63,875 nt of DNA from a virus (lineage: Duplodnaviria; Caudoviricetes). The stretch spans positions 1-63,875 of IMG/VR virus record IMGVR_UViG_3300031975_002169; one strand, written 5' to 3'. Below the pieces are notes generated by a model, which saw only the letters and a list, made by a program, of their open reading frames with translations, did not search any database and had not been told where the DNA came from. This document shows, one piece after another, positions 56,583-63,875 of this stretch (positions are counted from its first letter, which is position 1; the number at the start of each line of letters is the position of its first letter). Both the position numbers and the translations under genes were made by a program.

Positions 56583-57877
56583 CGCGTCTTCTCCGGTGCG
56601 GGTCCGGGGTCCCTGAACCCATCGAGCGCAGCGTGAGCGGCGTGCGCCCTGCCCTCGAGGAGGCGCACGCGCTCCGCCCAGCGCTTCACCTCGGCCTCCA
56701 GCTCGCGCACCCGCTGCTCAGCCCGGATCGCACGCACCAGGGCTGCCTCCAGCTCGTCCTTCGGCTTGTCGGCCTTCGCCTCGGCCGCCTCGTGCGCTGG
56801 CACCACGAGGAACGCGTAGTGAGTCGGGGAGTTGGCCTGGATGGTCTCGAGCTGGTTCCTCGCCTTGGCCTCGGTGGGGAACTCCGTGGCGTGCTCCCGC
56901 ACCGTCCAGACGCCCTGGCCCCAGTACGTCCCGTCGTTCACCCGCTGGACGCAGTAGGTGGGTGGCGCCTCACGTGGCTCGTAGTGGCGATCTACCGAGA
57001 GGGGTCGGTGCACCAGGTCCAGCAGGACCACGCACCACCGCTCCCGGCTCTTCGCGATGGAGGCCTCGTAGGTGTCCGTGACCTGGTCGTAGCTGAGGAT
57101 CTCCGCGCGCTCGCCGGCGAGGAACGTGGTGCCAGACGGTGGCCTGCGGAGGGTGTGGACGCTCCCCACCGCGAGCGTGGGGGGGTCTGCGATCACGGAG
57201 AGCACGTGATCGCGCGGCACACGCACCGAGAGGCCGTTGGTCAGGAGCACCAACACCTCCGCGTCGTCATCCTGGGGCGAGCCGTCCACGAGCCCAGGCC
57301 CGTGCACGCCTGACGGGTGAGTCCGCACGAAGACCTCTGTACCGTTCCTGAGTCGCTTTTCCGTCGTCATCAATCCTCCTCGATGTTCCACGATCCCACG
57401 CTGCTCCCGTTGGCGTCCGTGATGGTGCGCGAGTGCACCGGCCGGAGCTGGCCACGGTGAGCCAAGAGCTGCTCCTGTATGTCGTGGAGGAGCGCCGCGA
57501 TGTCAGCGCCGGTCTTCGCCCCACGGGTCCCCATGTCGATCTCCACCTTGAATCGGCGATTCATTTGTGGCCCCAGCCGCATCGTCCGCAGTGCCCACCA
57601 AGGCTGGGTTGGAAGTCGTGCTCGTCCCCGGTCGTGCTCCCAGGGCACCGGCGGCTCTTGGTGACGGGGAGCTGGCTCACCAGGTGAGCCCCCCACGCCA
57701 TGGCCAGGCCCAGTCGCGAGCGGAGGCTGGCGATGGACACCGCCTGCATCCGCACCCCCAACTCGAGGGCAGCGGCCTCGGCGAGCGCCTTGTCGCGCTG
57801 CGCCTGGCACTGCGCAGCGTAGAGGGCGAAGCCCAGCGAGAGCAGGGCCATAAGCCCCGCCATCACCCACGCAGCCG

Positions 57878-58330
57878 TCACGAGGGCACCGAGCTTTCCA
57901 GCCACGCGCCCAAGAGGTCGAGCACCTCGCGAGCCTCGCGCTCCTGCCCAGCTTGCATCAGCTCGAACATGGTGCCGCTCCAGCCGTCCTCCATGGCCTC
58001 GTCGCAGTAGGCGAGGCGGATGTTGCTGGACGCGAGCCAGGCGCAGAGGTCCGCCGTCATGTCGTCCACCATCCCCAGGTGGCTGGGCTCTAGGTCGCCC
58101 AGCTCGGTGCCAGGGTCCGCCGCCGCAAACGCGTCGAGGCCGCTCTTGATCATCTCGTACCGATGGTCGTCGGGCCCGAACTCGCCGTGTGCGTCCAGCA
58201 CCAACTCGATCGCCCAATCTGGGCGCCCATCCATCAGCGTCCAGAAGGGGTCGCCGTTGTCGCGTGAGCGGCAGACCATCAGCGAGCGGGCCGTCGCTGC
58301 GCGCGCGATCATTGCTTTCGTGATCTCCAT
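57878..58330 (-). CDS. Acidic protein, possible Ocr-like DNA mimic
   Basis: About 29 D/E versus 11 K/R; VDDMTADLCAWLAS..YCDEAMED..LMQAGQ..E pattern. Confidence 0.4.
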   Translation of the reverse strand: MEITKAMIARAATARSLMVCRSRDNGDPFWTLMDGRPDWAIELVLDAHGEFGPDDHRYEMIKSGLDAFAAADPGTELGDLEPSHLGMVDDMTADLCAWLASSNIRLAYCDEAMEDGWSGTMFELMQAGQEREAREVLDLLGAWLESSVPS

Positions 58331-60151
58331 CGTTCTTCCCTTTCTTGCGGCGCGCAGTGCGCCACTGGTGTGCTCGTACCAGGCGTCCAGGCCCGTCGCT
58401 ACTCCTTGGCGCTGACGCCGGCGAAGGCGCAGAGGGCCCGGTGGTGCTCGGCGGACAACCCCAGGCGCTCCCTGGCACCTGGGCGGTCGAGGATGGCCCA
58501 GAGGGCGCGCAGCCCACCACGCACCAGGCGCTCGTCGCGCATCACGCGCTCGACGTGCTGGTTGGCGAACTTCCGCCCCAGGGGGCGCGTGTCGTCCTCG
58601 CAGGTTTCCACGGAGCTTCCCTCGGAGGTTCCCTCGGAGCCGGCGCGCTGCGCCGCCACATCAACGGCTCGCAGGCGCGCCAGCTCCGCATCGTCGATCA
58701 CCGACCAGCCCATCCAGCCCATCACATCTCCTCGAGGATCCGTACCCGATTCCGGTGCGTGTCGCTATCTGGTGCATCGCTCAGCCACTCCGTGAGGAGC
58801 GTGCGACCATCGTCGGTGAGTGTTCCTCGTAGCACCATCACCACCGAGTCGTCCACGTTGGTGAGGCACCCAGGGCACCCCACCTCGCCGGTGTTCCTGG
58901 TGAACGGTCGGTTGCACGTGGGGCAGTGCGCACCCTCGCTCCCGTCGAATGGCCCCTCCTCGCAGTGCGGGCACTCGCGGATCACCACCGCGTCGTCGTC
59001 CACGTAGGCGTCGTCGCACGAGAGGCACACCACCAGGGTGGTCCCCTCGCGCACTGCCGCCTGAATGGCCTCGGCAACCTGGCTCTCAGCCTCGGCGCGC
59101 TTGGCCTGGGCCTCCTGGCGCTTGGTGGCCTCCTGGGCCTCCCGCTGAGCCAGCTCTGCGTCGGTAGGGGCAGGCGCCAGTCCGGGGACGTCTGGCAGCG
59201 TCAGCCCAGGAGGGGCCTGGAGCTGCTCGGTCCAGAACTCGGCCCCATCGGGCATGGTGTTCCCCGACGACCACCCGTACCCATCGTCGGTGTCCGTGTG
59301 GAACCCAGCGCCGAACATCACGGTGCTCCGCACCGCCAGCACGGGCTCCAGCCTGGAGCAGTGCGCGCGGAAGTCCTGCCAGCGCACCAGGGCGAGCCCG
59401 TACTCCGGGCCCCACCCATCTCGGCGCGGCTCGGCGCGGAACCAGTATCGACCCGGCGTCGCAGGGACGCCCTTCTTCCACTCACCCATCGTGATTCCCT
59501 TTCTTCGGCTCATTCCAGTGCCAGAGCGCGGCTCGGATGCGCTCCATGGCCCCCTCTCGCTGCTCAGCAGTGAGGCGCACCGTGCCGAGGCCGTTGCGCG
59601 TTGCCGTGCGCTGGATCGAGTCCGGGTCGGTGAGCGACGTCGCGGCATCCACCACCTCGGTGAACGTCGCCGCATCCAGCATCACGGCATTCGCCGCAAT
59701 CGCGAGCGCGACCTTGTTGGGGTAGTACAGGATCAGCTCGTGCCATAGCTCGCGCTGGCGCTCGGCGAGCGTGCTCACGCTGCCACCGCCGCCTTCGCGC
59801 CGATCATCAGCGCGTAGCGCGATCGGGTGTCCACGTAGGCCGTCGTCCAGTATCCGAGCCTGCGGAGGCGCGCTGCGCACGCTGCCCTCGAGGCCTCGCA
59901 GTTGAAGCCGAGGTGCGCGCCGCTCATCGGTCCGCCGCCCTCGCGGCGCCAGCACGGGGTCAGGATGATCATCGCCCCTCCGAAACCACGCCGTCGAGGC
60001 GGATCAGCTCCAGCCTGATGCGGTAGCTCTGCCCATCGCGAGCCACGATCACCAGGCGCGAGGCCGGGAGCACGGTGGTGATGCGCCACTTGCCGGGGTA
60101 GCGCTCGTTCAGGATCTCGCAGTAGGCACCCACAGGCGGCATCGGCGTCTT

Positions 60152-60231
60152 CATGGCCTTGGCTCCCTTGCTGCCTCGGCACTGCGCCGGGGCTCGATGG
60201 TCGTAGCGGAGGCCGGCGACGAAGGCGAGCA
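60152..60231 (-). promoter_or_regulatory. Bipartite promoter plus leader hairpin, copy 6
   Basis: TGCTCGC (60225-60231)-N19-TACGA; GCCCCGGC-GCAGT-GCCGAGGC-AGCAAGGGAG. Confidence 0.68.
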
Positions 60232-60261
60232 CAATCTGCCAACGTCGCCGATTTTTCTGCC

Positions 60262-60600
60262 TCACCCCCTCCGACGCCGAGCAGCCCACATCTCGGCCTC
60301 CTCGAGCCTGGTGAGGACCAGCGCCTTCTCGCGGCTGTTCGGCAGGTCCGCCGCTGCGTTCTGCGCGCGGGCGATCGCCTCGTCCACGCTGCACCCCACC
60401 ACCGCCACCGCGGCTGCTTCCCAGGCAGCCCTCACCTCGGGGCCCACACTGGGCCACGGGGGGATCACCTTGCCGTCGTGCGTCAGGCCGCCCTTCGCTT
60501 CGTTGTACGCCTCGAAGGCGATCTGCCCCTTCGTCATCTGGACGTCCCCACCATCCTCGGCATGGCTGGGCTCGCACAACGGGTGTCTCGCGTCGTTCAT
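60262..60600 (-). CDS. Protein with C-terminal Acb2/Tad1-like helical hairpin
   Basis: LPNSREKALVLTRLEEAEMWA. Confidence 0.6.
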   Translation of the reverse strand: MNDARHPLCEPSHAEDGGDVQMTKGQIAFEAYNEAKGGLTHDGKVIPPWPSVGPEVRAAWEAAAVAVVGCSVDEAIARAQNAAADLPNSREKALVLTRLEEAEMWAARRRRG

Positions 60601-61000
60601 CGCTTCTTCTTTCCCTTTCCGGTGACCTTCTGGCCACCCTCGCTGATGAGTAGCAGCGCAGCCCCGAGACGGCCAGCCAGCTCCACCGGGATGGCGTAAC
60701 CCCGCTTCGGCTCGCCGCCGGGCTCCATCACGGGCATCAGCGCCACGCAGCCGTCGTCCATCTCGAAGACGCCGATGCCAGCCACCGTGATGACGTAGCT
60801 CTCGTCCGACAACTCGGCGTCGTCCGCCGGGCCTGCCGCCTCCATACCTTGGAGCTTTCGGCGCTTCCGGTGCGCCGCCAGGTCCGCCACGGGGGCGATC
60901 CGTGAGCGTTTCTCGGTCGTTTTCGTCGATTGTGCCCCCGTCTGAGGGGTCTCGGGGCCTTTATGCTTCGTGCTCATCCCGTTTTGCTCCTGGCGTTATG

Positions 61001-61564
61001 CTACGCGTCTTCCGCGTCGTCGGTGGAGTTCTTTGCTGCGAGCGAGGCAGGCAGTCTGCCCGTTTGGAGGTACGTGACGAGGTCTGCGGAGGAGAGGCCG
61101 TCCATGGTGCCCCCTGAGGCGGAGACCATGGGGATGATGGGGAGCGGCTGGGGCGCGCGACGCTCATCCACGGCGTCCAGGTCGCGGAGCTGCTTCACGA
61201 GTGCGCCGATGGCGGCGAGGTCTGGTGAGGCGATGGTGGCGACCTTGCCGGTGCTGGGGTTGATGACGGGGTTCCCCTGGGCGTCCTTGACGACCTTCTG
61301 GCGCTGCCAGGCATGGGCGAGCGCCTCGTTGAGGGTGGCGCGGAGGCCGTCCCTGCGTGCGAGCTGGGCGCCTGGTGCGGCGTCGTTCTCCTCCTCGCGC
61401 CAGCGACGCCGGACCTCGGCGATGTACTTCCAGCCGGTGCGGGCGTTGATGGCGAACTTGTCCTGGAGGTGGGCGATGACCAGGCCAGGGCGACGGAGGC
61501 GCACCAGGGCGGTGCTGGTGTCCTGGATGCGCTGCTCGTAGTCGTCTCGCTTCTTACGAGGCAT
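61001..61564 (-). CDS. Putative terminase small subunit
   Basis: N-terminal HTH (LQDKFAINARTGWKYIAEVR), helical core, beta-hairpin, DLAAIGALVKQLRDL, DGLSSADL tail. Confidence 0.5.
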   Translation of the reverse strand: MPRKKRDDYEQRIQDTSTALVRLRRPGLVIAHLQDKFAINARTGWKYIAEVRRRWREEENDAAPGAQLARRDGLRATLNEALAHAWQRQKVVKDAQGNPVINPSTGKVATIASPDLAAIGALVKQLRDLDAVDERRAPQPLPIIPMVSASGGTMDGLSSADLVTYLQTGRLPASLAAKNSTDDAEDA

Positions 61565-62875
61565 CGTGGTCCCCTTCCGTGTGCAGCCGGTGCTGAACCA
61601 GGGAGGTGGCGCCCACGAGCTGCCAGAGCTGCTCGTGGCCCTGGACGAGCCCGAAGTAGGTGGCGACGCCCCTGCCTTCGGACAGGACCACGGCGAGCGC
61701 GACGTTGGTGACGCGCCCAGCCTCCACCTCAGCCGCCACCTGGCGCAGCCGCTCGGCGATCGCCAGCCTGTCCGCCGTGCCGCAGTCCAGCTTGATGACG
61801 CGCCCGCTGCACCAGGACGCGTGCTCACCGGCGCTTCCGCAACACTCGAGGATCCCAGCGGTCTCGTTGGTGGTGGGGAACGAGACATCGCCGCAAGCCG
61901 AGCAGCGCGCCCACCCGTTGCCCTGGTCGACCACCTCTGGGTGGGTGCACTCGACGTTATGAGGCATCGGGCGCCTCGCGCAGGGTGGCATCCGTGACGT
62001 TGGTGAGCATGATGGTGGCGACCCCAGCGCCCACATCGTAGGCGCCCTCGATCGCCGGCGCAGTGCACCACTCGGGGCCCTGGGGGTGCACTGCGATCCC
62101 CAGCTCCTCGAGGATCAGCTTGAGCCGGTTCGCCTCGGACACTAGGTCCACCGGGCTCACCACCGCCACCACATGCGGGAAGGGGAGCGCGCCCTCCATC
62201 TGGCCCTTCCCGTTGCCGGAGTCGGTGGTCTTGTACCCCAGCGCGCGGAGCAACGCGACGACGCACACCATGCCAGTGGGCAGGTCGACCGGTGAGTGCG
62301 CGGAGCAGACGTAGCCCTCCTTGGGGTGTCTGGCGATCTTGGCGCACCCAGTGCACCCATACGCAGCCCCGCCCCTGCCGAGGTACATGGCTTTACTGAT
62401 CACGTGTGCGCCCCTTTCAGCTCCTCGTATGCGGCGATCATCCCCGCTACGTCGCCCTCAGCCATGGCCTTCGCCGCCGCATCGAGCGCCGCCCTCATCC
62501 ACGTGACGGCGAAGATCCCGGCAGGGCCGATCTCCAGGTAGACGGGGATCACCTCGTCGCGCACGCGCGCCATCTCCTTGGGAAGCTCGGTTCCCAGGCT
62601 CTTCGTCTCCTCGTCCATCACGACACCGCCCTTTCAACGCGCTTCTCCGACCGGAACGACAGGATGCAGCCTAGCCCATCCCTCACCGTGAGCTTGGTGG
62701 GCACCCAGGCGACCTGGTGGTGGGGCCACATCTCGAGCACACCGCCCACCTCCACCACGACCCCATGAGGCGTCACCTGTAGGAGCTGGGCGCTGGTGAG
62801 GCGCACCATGGTGGAGCTGGTGGTGAACCCGCGACCCACCGGCTCCACGCGCGTCACCGTGACCTCAGCCTTCAT
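61554..62875 (-). other. Four small hypothetical CDS (61554-61967, 61957-62403, 62400-62621, 62618-62875)
   Basis: Overlapping ORFs linking the ParB-MTase-PLP gene to the putative TerS. Confidence 0.6.
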
Positions 62876-63875
62876 CGCCCGTCTCCTGGTCTGGGATGGT
62901 GAAGTCCGGCGTCCCGCACGCCTCGGTCGCCAGCTTGGGGTCGCCCTTGACGAAGATGAGGACGTTCTGGTGGCCCTTGCCGAGCTTGCGGGATGCCTCG
63001 AAGATTTTGCCGCTTCGGCGAGGCAGCGACCCCACCGGCGTCACCAGGACGGCCTCGTTGTAGAACCGCGCTCCTGCCGCTTCGAAGGCACGGATGGTGT
63101 CCGGGACGAACCCCAGATAGGCGCCATCGGGCCCACGCACCTCCCCCACCACCCACACGAGGAAGCGGTTCGGCTTGAGCGCCTGGACGGCCGCCTGGAT
63201 GATGGCTCCGTAGGCTGGGCGGAACTCGGGGTAGGCGAGCGTGCTGAGATCGCGCTCGTCGTCGCTGTAACGCTCGAGGTCAGCGTAGGGTGGGCAGCTC
63301 AGCACCAGATCGAAGCTCTCGTCCACCAGGTCCAGGAGGTCTCGGCTGTCGCCCTCGATCCAGCGCGCGCTCCCGTGCGCAGTGCCGCTGGGCGCGGAGC
63401 CACCCACATCGCCGGCGACGTTCCACAGGAGCGCGCCTGGGGCGGCCTCCTCCTGGAAGAAGCGCCACGCCTTGGCGTCGTAGTTCGAGGCGCTGGCGAA
63501 CGGTGGCTTGATCTTGGCGTCCTGCGCGAACTTCTCGGGTGCCTTATGGACCGTGGCGCTCCCGGTGTCGGAGCCCTCCTTGCCCACCACGATGGCGTGA
63601 TGCTCCGCCTCCGGGAAGGCCAACTGGAGCGACCTGGTGAGGACGCCGCTGCCAGCGACGCACCAGACCTCGCTCGGCTCGAGGTCGTCGGCGACCTCCC
63701 TGGCATACCTGGCCAGCTCCCCGATGAACTCTGGGCAATCCACGCCGAACGGCACGTTGAAGGCGCCGCTCTCCTCGGCGTACCCCTTCGCGCGCTTCCG
63801 CACCTGCGAGAGGTACCCAGGCGCCACGGTGATGACCTGAGCGCCTGCCGCCTCCGCCGCCTTGGTGATCGGGTG
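62865..63875 (-). CDS. 3' part of the ParB-MTase-PLP fusion: end of PLP fold-II domain, then catalytic half of an N4/N6 MTase
   Basis: EVWCVAGSGVLTRSL (Gly-rich phosphate loop), NYDAKAW, LLWNVAG; then motif III WIEGDS and motif IV DLVLSCPPY (63285-63299), FYNEAVL, KLGKGHQNVLIFVKGDP. Confidence 0.88.
   Translation of the reverse strand, partial: HPITKAAEAAGAQVITVAPGYLSQVRKRAKGYAEESGAFNVPFGVDCPEFIGELARYAREVADDLEPSEVWCVAGSGVLTRSLQLAFPEAEHHAIVVGKEGSDTGSATVHKAPEKFAQDAKIKPPFASASNYDAKAWRFFQEEAAPGALLWNVAGDVGGSAPSGTAHGSARWIEGDSRDLLDLVDESFDLVLSCPPYADLERYSDDERDLSTLAYPEFRPAYGAIIQAAVQALKPNRFLVWVVGEVRGPDGAYLGFVPDTIRAFEAAGARFYNEAVLVTPVGSLPRRSGKIFEASRKLGKGHQNVLIFVKGDPKLATEACGTPDFTIPDQETGDEG
63596..63875. 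repeat. Terminal direct repeat, copy 2
   Basis: Matches 1-280 with 4 mismatches (63687, 63774, 63840, 63861). Confidence 0.97.

Larger units (their letters stand above)
53334..60977 (-). other. Accessory island of about 21 small CDS between putative TerS and TerL (53334-53579, 53616-53852, 53849-54475, 54472-54996, 54993-55166, 55163-55426, 55472-55852, 55849-56103, 56579-57370, 57370-57564, 57561-57881, 58399-58725, 58722-59489, 59482-59778, 59775-59972, 59969-60154, 60597-60977, plus those listed separately)
   Basis: Chain of ATGA/GTGA-coupled ORFs, many with CxxC zinc fingers. Confidence 0.7.
1..63595. mobile_element. Complete circularly permuted myovirus-like (Caudoviricetes) phage genome, unit length 63,595 bp
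   Basis: TerL, portal, capsid, sheath, tube, tape measure, baseplate and endolysin genes are present; a 280-bp terminal redundancy closes the circle within one continuous ORF. Confidence 0.93.

Noticed and set aside
2-63840. Numerous long plus-strand ORFs (e.g. 2..1075, 11580..13436, 30051..32096, 51343..53712)
   Set aside because: Antisense shadows of real minus-strand genes in high-GC DNA; Arg/Pro-rich with no recognisable motifs
1-63875. Integrase, repressor, tRNA genes, diversity-generating retroelement, alternative genetic code
   Set aside because: No recombinase or RT motifs, cloverleafs or template/variable repeats were seen; core genes are uninterrupted under code 11

Overview
The window is an apparently complete, circularly permuted genome of a high-GC (roughly 70% by eye) contractile-tailed phage. 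The unit length is 63,595 bp: nt 1-280 recur at 63596-63875 with 4 synonymous mismatches. Nearly all genes are on the minus strand. Modules: DNA modification and nucleotide genes (ParB-MTase-PLP fusion across the junction, Gp37/Gp68 radical-SAM-like, MazG-like, MT-A70); recombination and replication (HNH-like, RuvC-like, initiator-like, SSB, Sak4/AAA_24, PD-(D/E)XK nuclease); a RavA/ViaA-type MoxR-vWA cassette; lysis; baseplate and tail; head; two fibre-like genes between TerL and portal; and two islands of small accessory genes inside the packaging/head region. I saw no integrase, repressor, DNA polymerase, helicase, tRNA or CRISPR array. The host is unknown; a high-GC diderm such as Myxococcota is a tentative guess. 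Top finding: a 723-aa protein, missed by the ORF track because it spans the junction, in which a PLP-dependent fold-II domain resembling phage base-hypermodification decarboxylases is inserted inside a ParB-fused amino-DNA methyltransferase. Also notable: a six-copy covarying hairpin plus AGCAAGGGAG leader with an associated bipartite promoter, leaderless-type structural gene starts, and Acb2/Tad1-like and Ocr-like anti-defence candidates. All family calls are from motif recognition by eye, not database searches.
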